This document shows positions 1-10,692 of a DNA stretch of 34,186 nucleotides, piece by piece; within the stretch, counting starts at the first letter, position 1; every line of letters starts with the position of its first letter. The translations under genes and the position numbers were made by a program. The stretch spans positions 3,906,365 to 3,940,550 of the forward strand of contig NC_057758.1 of NCBI RefSeq assembly GCF_004010195.1, written 5' to 3'. This stretch comes from Chiloscyllium plagiosum. Taxonomy: Eukaryota. The notes under the pieces were generated by a model. It was given only the letters and a program-made list of their open reading frames with translations. It made no database searches and was not told where the DNA came from.

Positions 1-368
1 TGGATGCTGCCTGACCTGCTGTGCTGTTCCAGCAATAAAGTTTCAACTTTGATCTCCAGCATCTGCAGATCTCACTTTCTCCTCGAAGATTTCAACCTAC
101 TGCGAATCCTCTTACAAGGATGCCTTCCTTGAAGAAGCTCTCTGCCTCTCTCTACAAAGATTTCAGTGAGTCCCTCTCTCACTGCACACCCCAGGTCATC
201 TCCTCTTCCAACGCCCCTCCTCCAAGTCCCTCCTCCCTACCTTTTATCTTCTCCTGCTGAACACTCTCTGCTCATTCCTGAAGAAGGGCCTGTGCCCGAA
301 ACGTCGAATCTCCTGTTCCCTGGATGCTGCCTGACCTGCTGTGCTGTTCCAGCAATAAAGTTTCAACT
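1..368 (+). mobile_element. Penelope-like element terminal repeat (pLTR) / non-autonomous tandem unit of ~320 bp, truncated by the window start
   Basis: The 48-nt sequence TGGATGCTGCCTGACCTGCTGTGCTGTTCCAGCAATAAAGTTTCAACT occurs identically at 1-48 and 321-368. The unit contains a hammerhead core and an AATAAA. Related sequence recurs at ~8.1-8.3 kb and ~14.5 kb. Confidence 0.75.
274..309 (+). ncRNA. Minimal type I hammerhead ribozyme (PLE/retrozyme type)
   Basis: Stem I ATTC(274-277)/GAAT(306-309); core CTGAAGA (278-284) plus one extra A; stem II GGGC-CTGT-GCCC (286-297); GAAAC (298-302); GTC cleavage triplet (303-305); minimal palindromic helix III (ACGT). Confidence 0.75.
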
Positions 369-1815
369 GGTGAGAATCTTTACCTACTCGGCAGCCCCCG
401 GCCCTTTCTTTCTCTTGTTCCTCTGGAAAAATAAGACCTGTGATGCACTTCATTTTTACAATTTGCAGAGTCAAAAATACCCCTCTGTCCACGTTCATCA
501 CTCACTTCCCGCGCATTCCATTTCACATTCCACATTGAATTCGTGAATAGCACCGTGTAATGTGGCTAGTGGACGTTCAGAAGCGGACTGTTTGCTGGGC
601 ATGTTCGCCGCCATATATCTATTTACTTACCTACGAATTTCTTGTTTTATCTGATGTTTCTCTTCAGGTGCTGCCTTGCGAGGAACTGATGGCTTCTTAA
701 GTATGAACCTAAACACGTAGGCAATCTATGGGAAGTTACGTTCGAGTCCTATTGCAACAGAGTGTGCCATTTCAATTCAATAGAAGTCAATATTGATGGT
801 CGCGTAAATACATCTGATTAACTAATCTTCTTTCGGGCAGGGAAATGGATACGTGTATATGGCGATTCCAGATTTACGGGAATGTGGTTGACTCTGGGTA
901 TTTATAGCATGGACAATAAATGCTGGCCTAGCTAGCACTATCCACATTCTGTAAGTGATCACATTTTTAAAACCCTCTGTCAAAGTATTTTCTCGTCCTG
1001 AGAAAACCCAATGCACGTTAGAGTGTCTTGCGTCGCCAAAACGCCATGAGAGGAAGAGCAAGAATTTGGTGGATCCTTACTTCGATAATCTGCAGCCTCT
1101 GATGCTGTTTCCCCTGCTTCAGACATGAAAGTTCGAATGTATTCTGTTCTTGCATAAGTTTAAAATGGCAGAAACATTCCTCTTCTGTCTCAGTGTGTCC
1201 AGTTAACACTCTCATGAAAAAGTGCTTGAAAATATGCTTAAATCTTCTACATTTATATTTCATTCTGAAATATGAAGTAGAATCCACAAAATGTCTTCAG
1301 GATACATTCAGTCGACAATACAAAGCTAACACAGGAAGGGAGTAGCAGTTCTAGTCGTTATTTTACTTTTGGAACGATGATCTGCTGCAACATGCTTTTT
1401 ACTTGCTGGCAGTTACCTCTTTGATGCTGACATGGGCGTGAACTATGTCTGCCAGATAACCCGCAATGCTGTCTTTGCTCCATTTCTTCACGTTTGAGCC
1501 ATCCTCGCCTTCCATTTGTCATCACTTTCCTTACCAGCAGGTTCAATTCTCAAAGAATCGCTTCCCGCTAATCTGCTACAAGAAAAAGAAGTCCCTTCCC
1601 ATCAAGAGTCCAAAGGGACATGTCCCACACAATACCTGATCCATGCCTTTAATATTCCCATATCTCATTTGTATATTTTAAAAATATCAATATGAATCTC
1701 TTCATCAGCTTATTTTATATATTGTCTTACTAAATCTAAGCATTTCTTATATTCCTCTTCGTTTTTTCACTGTCCAAGGCTACAAGCATCCTTGGTGTTG
1801 TTTTATTTATACCTG

Positions 1816-1855
1816 AGAATAAGCAAATTTACTTTAGAATAAGCTAATTTACTTT
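1816..1855. repeat. 20-bp tandem duplication
   Basis: AGAATAAGC(A/T)AATTTACTTT occurs twice with one mismatch. Confidence 0.85.
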
Positions 1856-1863
1856 ATTTCATA

Positions 1864-2045
1864 CTCACAATGCAGTATCCACTTCACCGGGGAGACAAGC
1901 ACAGATTGTGTAACCATTTTGCAGAACACAGCTACTTAATCGCACGCAGCAACTGCAACTTTGTTTTCTCTCCTTCACGTGGCTGAGCATTTCCCAGATT
2001 TTTTTTAAATTTCAAATTAACACGTCTTGTAGTGTTTGATTGTTA
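1864..2045 (+). mobile_element. Highly decayed Penelope-like GIY-YIG endonuclease fragment plus terminal remnant
   Basis: With one frameshift it reads SQCSIHFTGET.HRLCNHFAEH, resembling the PLE endonuclease motif CSQCGLLYIGETKRRLGDRFAEH. Confidence 0.5.
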
Positions 2046-2221
2046 TTCAGTATATGTTACATAGGAAAATGCAGAAAAGAGAATGCCAGATTACCTGTTG
2101 TGATTCTGTAAGACACGGTTAAAATATTTGAAAACCATCGAACAGAACTAACTTGACTTCGATAAATTAAACAGCGTGAAAACATTGTGCTTAAAACAAG
2201 AAAGAGCTGTACTCTGTTAAC

Positions 2222-2445
2222 CGGCATTGGTTCAGCTGAGTTGGTTGGGTTGTTGGTTTACAACACAGTGTGATACCAACAACACAGATTCAATTCCCTC
2301 CCGAATTTGTGGTTACCATGAAAGTATCTCCTTCTCGACCTCTTTCCTCGACTGAGGTCTGTTGGCCCTCAGGTTAGATCACTACCAGTGGCTTCACTCG
2401 AATGAGGGAGCAGCCCATATGTTTTGGTAAGACTGTGTGGACAAA
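2222..2445 (+). mobile_element. Decayed tRNA-derived SINE (family not assigned)
   Basis: A-box-like (TCAGCTGAGTTGG) and B-box-like (GATTCAATTCC) head, followed by a body containing CCCTCAGGTTAGATCACTACCAG...AATGAGGGAGCAGCCC typical of an old shark SINE. Confidence 0.5.
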
Positions 2446-3058
2446 GCAACAACTCTATCAACGGCAGCAACCCCAACGACCATAATTCAGTTCCAGGTAT
2501 GTTTAGCAGCAAGTGCTCAGACAAATCTTACTCCATACTGAAAAATACCCAATTACTGTTACGGCCTATTTCCTGTCGCTTTCCAAATTCAGTGAGATTT
2601 CTTATCTTTCCCGTCATGAATATTGAACCAGGTTCATAGCAGGACAAAGTTCCAAACATTGCATTCAGATTTCTGCTCAAGAAATTACGTTCACCGCAGC
2701 TGCTGTTTGAATAAATTTATCATCTTACCGTTCTGTTCACAGTTAAAACTGTTGAAATATTACCTATTTCAAAGATGGTTCAAGCTTGGAGAGAGTGAAA
2801 AGACATGACGGGCACTGAGCATAATTGTGGAATTAATGTATAGGAGAATCAGGAAGATCAGCACCATCTACCATTTACAATACCATGTATAAACTGATCA
2901 CTTTCTGTTTTACATTTCCACTCCTCGCTTTCCAATAAAGCTTGAAAGCATCAGTCTGCATTTACAGCAAGCAGTTAATTGATCCGATGACTGGATATGG
3001 AAAGGGATCTCAAGTTAAGTACAGAAGACGTAATAGAATCAATGAGTGGATGAAATAC

Positions 3059-4157
3059 CATAGAACATGGAATGTTACAACGCAATACAGGCTATTTGGC
3101 ACTCGATGTTGCGCTGATTTGTGAAACCAATTTAAAGCCCGTCTAGCTAACATTATTCAATTTTCATACATATGTTTGTCCAATAACCATGTAAGTGTCC
3201 TTAAAGTTGGTAAGTCGATTACTGTTGCAGACAGAGCATTACACGACCCTACTACTATCTGAGTAAACAACTATGTCTGACCCATATCAATCACTCAAAA
3301 ATTTAAAGCTATGCCCCCTCGTGGTAGGCATCAATATCCGAGGAAAAAGACTCTCACTGACCAACCGATCTAACTCTCTGATTATCATATGTATTTTAAT
3401 TAAGTCATCTCAAAAACCTCTTCTTTCTTAACAAAAACAGCCTTAAGTCCTTCAGCGTTTCCTCATAAGTCCTTCCCTGCATACCAGGCAGCATCCGACT
3501 AAATCTCCTCTAGCTCTCAAACGCTTGCACATCGTTTCCTTCAATGTGGTGACCAGACCTGAGTACGCAATCCACAATATTCCAAGTGCAGCAGCATCAG
3601 AGATTTGAACAGTTGCATCATGAACTCGTGGCTCCGAAGCTCAATTCCTCTTTCAATAAAAATTAAAACACCAAATGCCGTCTAAACAACCCTCTCAACC
3701 TGAGTGTCAACTTTCAGTAACAGAGCACATGAGCAGCGAGATCTCTATGCTAATCCACACTGCCAATAAATATGCCATTAGCTCAGTACTCTGTATTCCT
3801 CTTTCTCCTTTCAAAGCGAACCACTTCACACGTTTCAGCATTGAACTCCATTTGCTGTCTCACAACCCAGCTCAGCAGCTTTTCTATGTCCCTCTGTAAC
3901 CTATAACATCCTTCAGCACGATACACAATTCTACCAACCTTGCTATCTTCCGCAAATTTACTAACTCATCCTTCTCCGCCCTCATCCAGCTAATTTCAAA
4001 AAATCACAAACAGCAGTGAGCCCAAAACTGATCATTGAGATGCACCATTAGTACGTGAACTCCAGGTTGAGCATTTCCGATTAATCAACACTATCTTCTT
4101 TCTTTCAACTAGCCAATTTATGATCTCGCCGCTAAATCACCCTCAATGCCATGCCTC
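3059..4157 (-). mobile_element. CR1-clade LINE, 5'-truncated (RT C-terminus, 3' UTR and tail)
   Basis: The minus strand carries degenerate GSVLGPLLF / SKFAED / LEYC-type RT motifs. A CATAGAACAT-type tail lies at ~3059. Multiple stops and frameshifts. Confidence 0.85.
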
Positions 4158-4461
4158 GGTGATGTATGGTCCAGTAAATGTATTGTAATTATCAATGTGG
4201 GATTTCTCCTGAGGAACAGATCTATGATTCCTAGTCTCCTTCGGAAACAAACGGTTGCTTTGGAAGATTTCATACCACTTCACTGCCAGTGGCAGTTTGG
4301 AAGTCTTAGCTATCCAGAAAACTCATAAACCTCAAAGAAAATGTAAAATCTCCACAGACTGACGATCACAACGGCTGCTTTCTCATTATATAGAGACGTT
4401 TTCCTGTTTTTGAACCTGAGGCTCAGAGAAGGATAGTCCTTAATGGTAGGATCAGCCAGTG

Positions 4462-4553
4462 CAAGAATAGCAACCGTACTTTTGTCATCACTGTATATCA
4501 TAAATGACAAGAATAGCAACCGTACTTTTGTCATCACTGTATATCATAAATGA
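4462..4553. repeat. Perfect 46-bp tandem duplication
   Basis: CAAGAATAGCAACCGTACTTTTGTCATCACTGTATATCATAAATGA occurs at 4462-4507 and 4508-4553. Confidence 0.95.
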
Positions 4554-4580
4554 TACACCTGGCTAAATGAACTAACCATA

Positions 4581-5275
4581 AGAGCATATGACCATAAGAT
4601 ATAGAAGTGGAAGTAAGGCCATTCCGCTCATCGAGTCGACTGCGTCATTCAATCATGACTGATGGGCATTTCAACGACACTAACCTGCACTCTCCCCATA
4701 GCCCTTAATTCCTTGTGAGATCAAGAATTTTTCAATCTCTGCCTTGAAGATGTTTAAATTCCCGGCGTCCAATTGCACTTCCTGGCAATAAATGCCACAG
4801 GCCCACAACTCTCTGGCTGTCGAAATGTTTCCTCATTTCCACGGCTGTGCCCAGAGGTCCTAGTAACCCCAACTACCGGCAACAAATTCCCAGCGTCTCC
4901 ACTTCCTTAGCCACGTAGCATCTTGTAAGTTTCTATTCGATCTCCCCTCAGACTTCACTACACTAAATACAACGCCAGGATGCTAAGCCGTTCATCGTAC
5001 GTTCAGCGGACCATTCTATGGATCATTTGTGTGAATCTCCACTGGACATGCTCTATTATTAGTATTTTTTTCCTGATGTGTAGGGCCTAGACTTGGACAC
5101 AGTATTGTTCATGGTGCCTAACTAGAGCTTTATAAAATCTCAGTAGCACATCGCTGCTTTTACATTCGAAAATCGTCTTGAAATAAACGACAGCATTCCA
5201 TTTGTTTTTTTTTATAACTTCGGATTCAACCAGCAAGTCAGCATTTTGAGAATCCTGGACTCGAACTCCCAAAAC
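4581..5275 (-). mobile_element. CR1-clade LINE 3' fragment
   Basis: Minus ORF 5087-5278 reads LGVRVQDS...DVLLRFYKALVRHHEQYCVQ (CR1 LY.ALVRPHLEYCVQFW motif). A CATAAGA-type tail lies at ~4590. Confidence 0.85.
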
Positions 5276-5686
5276 CAATACGCAAATGTAACACGACAGA
5301 AGATTTCGACCAAGGGATGCTCTTGCAGGACGAAGTGCTGATTTAACTCATCTCTGCGTTAATTACACTGCAGCCGCCAGACTAATGTGTATGGGACTTT
5401 GGATAACAGAATTGGAAGAAGGGATCCCCAGAATTTACAAAAATGTAGAAAGATCATCACAAGTCAATCTGTCCAGTAATGCACCACAAATAGGTTTATG
5501 AGCATAATTCATTTTAATATAAAATGGACGAATGTATTTCTCATTTGGTCTTAAATGTATGCATTAAGTATTATGTGCTGCTTTGATATTTTACTGATAA
5601 ACCTGTGACTCTCCCTTTCACGAACGAATTACTGTCTATTCTTGGATGTGTCAGCATCCTCCAGTGGACACCAACTGAAACTCTCA

Positions 5687-5986
5687 NNNNNNNNNNNNNN
5701 NNNNNNNNNNNNNNNNNNNNNNNNNNNNNNNNNNNNNNNNNNNNNNNNNNNNNNNNNNNNNNNNNNNNNNNNNNNNNNNNNNNNNNNNNNNNNNNNNNNN
5801 NNNNNNNNNNNNNNNNNNNNNNNNNNNNNNNNNNNNNNNNNNNNNNNNNNNNNNNNNNNNNNNNNNNNNNNNNNNNNNNNNNNNNNNNNNNNNNNNNNNN
5901 NNNNNNNNNNNNNNNNNNNNNNNNNNNNNNNNNNNNNNNNNNNNNNNNNNNNNNNNNNNNNNNNNNNNNNNNNNNNNNNNNNNNNN
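5687..5986. other. Assembly gap
   Basis: Run of N. Confidence 1.
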
Positions 5987-6061
5987 GCTTTGGATTTCAT
6001 GGCACAGAAATAATGGGCGGTATCGGAAAAGATCTCCGGAGATAATTGAATTAATTATTTG

Positions 6062-6107
6062 GCTTTCAACTAAGAAGCCAAATTGATTTGGCTTCTTAGT
6101 TGAAAGC
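6062..6107. repeat. Perfect inverted repeat (22-bp arms, 2-nt spacer)
   Basis: GCTTTCAACTAAGAAGCCAAAT-TG-ATTTGGCTTCTTAGTTGAAAGC. Confidence 0.95.
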
Positions 6108-7547
6108 AGAAGAGAACTTATCTAATAAAACTTTGAACATATAATCTGAGCGACACCTCGTAAATAAATGGCTCGCCAAATGCCCACGAAACTTGAAGTA
6201 CCAGAACAAAGTTGGAGTAACAGCTGCTGAGTAAATGTAAGTCAGAATTGTTGTTTGCCCTTCTGGAATAATTAATTGAGAGTGATCATGGAATCACCTT
6301 ATCTTTTAAATTACTCCATGCAACACCATATCGAATTGCGAAAGATCTGGCATGATTGGAATTGGCATCATAGAAACTGAACGGTTAATAGGCAGCATGA
6401 TTGACATAGCGAGTAAAGAAAACCGGTGCACATAATGTTTCATTTAGATATTCACAGGAATGACAAAATGTTTCATTAAAATTGAAACGTCCAGTATGAA
6501 GAATTACAGTAAAATAGATGAAGGCCTTCTTGCAATTACCAGTAAAATGAGGAGCGGATCCAGAAAAACAGGATTAGTTGCTCACTCAGATCTGACCACA
6601 ATTCTTTACCAAACAACATTATCTGCAGCTCAATGACTGTAGAGGACTAGTTCTTTTCCTCTCCTGTCTGTTTGTCTCCAAACCTCCTGCTCTCTTTTAA
6701 TCGCCATGCTAATTTGATTGTCAATCTATTGTCTTCCAGAAGCTGGAAAGTGTAAATTGTTGAAAACTCAATTCCTTCTACATTTCCGTTTCATCAAGTT
6801 TCCTATATGCAGTGCAACTTTCATGGAGCAGATAAAACAGATAAAATATGATTACTATTCAGGAAGTGGCCAAGTTTAATTTTGAAACAGCTGCATTCAA
6901 ATCCTCTTGTATTTGGAGTACGGGTAAACCGATTAATGTAGTCATAATGTCACTTGACTATTCATCCAGATTTAATGGCTGGCGTTCTGGGACATGGGAT
7001 TGGATGACAAAGTTGGAATTTTATAGAAATCTGGGATGAAAGCAAAAAATGACCTCACAGTGGCCATGTGGCAGTTGCCATTCGTCATCAAAATTCTTTT
7101 GGTCACTAATATCATTAGCAAACCTAATCTGGCATGCTTATATATTCTGGACAGCACGCGTCGAAACTGTTACCCGTGTGGACCTATGCTCAATCACACT
7201 TCGGCCGGCGTTTTTGTTTTAAGCGGGTATGCATATTCACAATATAAAAAACATGCAAATCAATGTATTTCCTTTCTTTGCATTCGTTCCAAACACATTT
7301 GCTTAATTTGATGCCATGTTTGAAGAGAAACGTTTCTATCTCCCCCTCAGATTCACTCGGTGTCTTTGTATTTGTTTATATCTGTTTCTCAGTCTCTTTG
7401 CTGCTGCATGCACTTCTCTGATTGAATGTTTAATCCAGTTCTTCGAAGTCATTGTGTTATATCGCCCTGTATTCACCTTCTTCTGAATGTCGTCTTTCCT
7501 CCACTTTATCTGTCCACAAGTCAAAACGTATCTGTCCGTATCTGTCA

Positions 7548-7761
7548 TTGCCAGATGTGGTGCACTTTGAAAATTTGCTGATTTTTGCCACTCATGGGAG
7601 GAACATTTACAGCATTTATTGGACTTGTTCGGTCGACGTCGCAAAGCAAGCTTTCTGGTGAACATGTACAAATGGCCTCACGGGAAGCGAAAACAAAAGT
7701 ATTTGGTGATTTTTATACAATGTCGACAAAAAAAGTATAACGGTTCCAAGATTTGAGTGGA
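7548..7761 (+). mobile_element. Decayed Ty3/gypsy LTR-retrotransposon reverse transcriptase fragment
   Basis: With frameshifts it reads LPDVVHFENLLIF.HSWEEHLQHLLDLFGRRRKASFLVNMYK ... QMASREAKTKVFGDFYTMSTKKV*RFQDLSG. This matches the gypsy RT segment after YxDD (YIDDLVIFSHSWEEHL..HL...F.RL....L.IN..K ... P.T.KEV.RFLGL.G). The catalytic DD is lost and there is an internal deletion. Confidence 0.7.
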
Positions 7762-8086
7762 GAACGGGAAAAATTTCTGGCTGTAACAGATGCTCCTTTT
7801 TTGTGTATTTTCGGCTTTCGAGATGATTTCCTCGAATTCCAGGTGCAGCCATTACTGCTTTCTATGCAGAAAAAAGAGAGAGTTTCCTCACAGCTCCCTC
7901 TTGACCGTCCCAGAACTAAAACTGCTCAGCTCAGCTGAAGAGCTGACCACTCCCCTTTCAGTATTCATGTCACTTCCAAACTATGACCACTTTGCTGTGA
8001 AGACTCATCTGTTTACACATCAACAGATGACCTCTTAATATTCTTTTCATCTATTTACCAAACCAGACTGATCGGAGCCCAGCGAA

Positions 8087-8311
8087 GGTGAAACTGAGGA
8101 CTGCAGATGCCGGACGTCAGAGTCTGGATTAGAGTAGTGCTGGAAACGCACAGCATGTTAAACAACATTAAAGGAGCAGGAATATCGACGGATGGGAAAA
8201 AGCCCTTCATCGGGAAGGACTTCTGGTTGAAGGGCGTTTGCCTGAAACTTCGATTTTCCAGCTCCTCGGATGCTGCCTGACCTTCTGTGCTTTTCCAGCA
8301 CCACTCTGATC
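8087..8311. mobile_element. Back-to-back inverted pair of Penelope-type terminal repeats, each with a decayed hammerhead
   Basis: The left arm (minus, ~8087-8215) and right arm (plus, ~8221-8311) are imperfect reverse complements. Both resemble 278-368 (GAAGGGC....GCCCGAAACGTCGA...GGATGCTGCCTGACCTGCTGTGCT.TTCCAGCA). Confidence 0.75.
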
Positions 8312-8414
8312 GGAACCCGGCCCGGTTTATTGCTGAAAAATGAATCAAGGACAGAGTCCCCGTAAGTCGAGGCACAGCGTTTAAAGCCTAACTTTGTGAC
8401 AGCCAACCTGATGC

Positions 8415-8655
8415 ACGATGTTTGGCATGATCTGCCTGTATTGCTCGCAAAGCAACCCTTTTCACTGTACCTCGGTACATGTGTTAGCAATCAATCCACC
8501 AATAGCTATAACGCTATATTCTGTATTCTGTTCTATTTCCCTGATGTAAGGTATGATTTGCTTGGTTTGCACGCAAAACATTGTCTTTCAATGGTATATC
8601 GGTTCATCTGACAATAATCAGTCACATTAAGACAATTGAAATCGAATCAAATTAA
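8415..8655 (+). mobile_element. Two tandem LINE 3'-end remnants (probably Rex1/Babar-type)
   Basis: Two diverged copies of ATGATCTGCCTGTATTGCTCGCAAA..CTTTTCACTGTACCTCGGTACATGTG.CAAT, each followed by AATCA-like tails. Confidence 0.45.
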
Positions 8656-9689
8656 ATTGAAACAAGTAAGAAGAGAAGGAGAATTAATGGCATTCACCTG
8701 TGCTTGTGAAACTAAACGGGACAGCTCTACATTTTTCGATTATCTCCTGAACTGAAGAACGAAGTTCCATGTCCTGCTCCAGAAACATATCAGCGGTTAT
8801 GACCTTGAAGTAAGCTTCACTTAAAACCGTTCCTCTTTGGACCTCCAAACGGAAAATGAATGGAACAGTTTCAACATTTCACATCTGCACTTGATAGATG
8901 GTTCAATGCATAATTGCACCCGCTTTGACACACGGTTCTAAGACGCGCTCACACTGCTTTAAAAACTGTCTTTCAAGTCTCGGTAGCAGCTACTGTTTTG
9001 GAGGCTTCGTTCGACCTGCAGACAAATGCATTCATAATGTACGAGATGCCTTCAGGGTTTCAAAATCGTATTATAGATGAAATCAAATTAACTTCACGTC
9101 AAACTGCCTTATAATTGTCACCCAAGTTGTGCAGACAGTGGTCTTGTGTTTCTTTCGGTTTTTCCACCTGCCTGATTGATCCTGATAAAGAGACAATATG
9201 ATGTCTAGTCTGGCCAATTTCTTAGACGGAGAACTGTGTACTGAAGGCTGCGAGGGATGTTTAACATGATTCCTAGAGTCACAAAGGACGGGAGGCCAGA
9301 TGTGATTTTTTTACCCTGAAAGACAGGCAGACAAACCTCATTATACTGAGTGTGTGTTTTTTTAGGTAAGCATGTGCTTACTATAATTGGAATATTTGGA
9401 GAATTTCCACTCCGTCGAAGTACATTTAGGCAAAGATCTTTGAAAGCTAAAGACTGTCAAATGTTTGCTAAAGGCGATTAATGTGTCCAATCAAGCAACC
9501 TTCTTCTTCACTCCATGCAGTGCTTCATACTGTCCAGGTCGACATTGAATTGATGTGCTTGGGTTAAGATGTGAGTTCTGGGAAACAAAGACGCTCTGCT
9601 GAAACAAACCTTATGTAGCGAAGTGCATAATTTTCAGAAGTGTTAAAAATTCACTATTAAATCCAATGATGTTCCTGACATTTTCTGTT

Positions 9690-9830
9690 ACCAGTGGTAT
9701 CCATCTCAATTTTCTAATAAAGGATTTATGGACTTGAAATGTTGAATTTGCTTTCGCTCCACAAAATTTTCCAGATATGCAGAGTTCCTCCAGCAAATTC
9801 TGCTTTCTTTCATCTCTCCACATCCCCAGT
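9690..9830 (+). mobile_element. Old Penelope-type terminal repeat remnant with eroded hammerhead
   Basis: TTCTAATAAAGG...GGACTTGAAATGTTGAA...CTCCACA...CCAGA...GAGTTCCTCCAGCAAATTCTG has the same layout as the other PLE termini in the window. Confidence 0.45.
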
Positions 9831-9995
9831 TCTTTGGTTGTTGCTGATTGGTAAGGTGAAATAAATGCAGCAGACACATAGGCATTTCCAACAAAATATT
9901 TCTTTTCAGCCAAATTTGATAAATCAGTCGACCCGTTCTGCCAAACTTAGCCAAAGTACAACGTTGCATTCCAGCGAGTACCACTGTTTTTCTAA

Positions 9996-10692
9996 GAGCC
10001 AAAAACGGATACCCCCACATTTTCATCAACAGATGCCTAAAGGAAAGACAACGGAATGAGGACATGCCACAACCCAAAGGACTAGCCACACTACCATACA
10101 TTAAAAACATTTCTGAACTGAGAGCCAGACTACTGCGACCACTCGGACTCATAAAAGCACATAAACAAAACGCCACTCTCAGACAATATCTCACCAGGAC
10201 GAAGGATCCGATACCCAGCATGAGGAAAACCAATATCGTATACTAAACCCCATGCAAGGACTGCAAAAAAACTCTGCATAGGACAAACAGGAAGACAGCT
10301 AATGATCCGCATCCATGAACACCAACTAGCCACGAAACGACATGACCAGCTATCCTTAGTAGCCACACACTCAGATGACAAGCAATATGAGTTCGACTGG
10401 GACAACACTACTATTATGGTCAAGCAAAAGAGAGAACAGCCAGGGAATTCCTAGAAGCATGGCACTCATCCACAGATTCAATCAATAAGCACATCGACCT
10501 GGACCCAATATACTGGCCACTGCAGCGGACAGCTGGAACTGACAACCGGAAGCAGCAGATACAAATCACTATAAATGCCGGAGGAAACATCATAGAAGCG
10601 CTTCACAGGAGGCTCCCAAGCACTGAGGATGCCACCTGGACAGGGAACGAAATGTCTGCAACACAAATTCCCAGCTCGACGAACAGAACCAC
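9996..10692 (+). mobile_element. Penelope-like element, 5'-truncated (RT-EN linker, GIY-YIG endonuclease, 3' terminal region); inactive
   Basis: Translates as KNGYPHIFINRCLK...LATLPYIKNISE...RLLRPLG...TNIVY*TPCKDC...CIGQTGRQLMIRIHEHQLATKRHDQLSLVATH...HE/YEFDWDNTTI...AREFLEAWHS...SINKHIDLDPIY. These are the GIY-YIG motifs of PLEs, with a premature TAA at 10244-10246. Confidence 0.92.
10620..10659 (+). ncRNA. Decayed hammerhead ribozyme in the Penelope 3' end
   Basis: GCA-CTGAGGA-(stem II, mismatched)-GAAAT-GTC-TGC. Stem I is GCA/TGC. GAAAC>GAAAT weakens helix III. Confidence 0.55.

Noticed and set aside
166..546. 126-aa ORF
   Set aside because: It has a non-ATG start, runs through a PLE repeat and shows no recognisable domain.
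5605..6045. Long ORFs spanning N-runs (also 12697-13068, 26527-27055, 31724-32596)
   Set aside because: Their length is an artefact of translating assembly gaps.
8720..9000. Possible RTE-clade LINE relic (IIAPALTHGSKT similar to V.P.LLYGSETW)
   Set aside because: It is too diverged to support without a search.
9706..10233. 175-aa minus-strand ORF
   Set aside because: It is the antisense shadow of the Penelope ORF.
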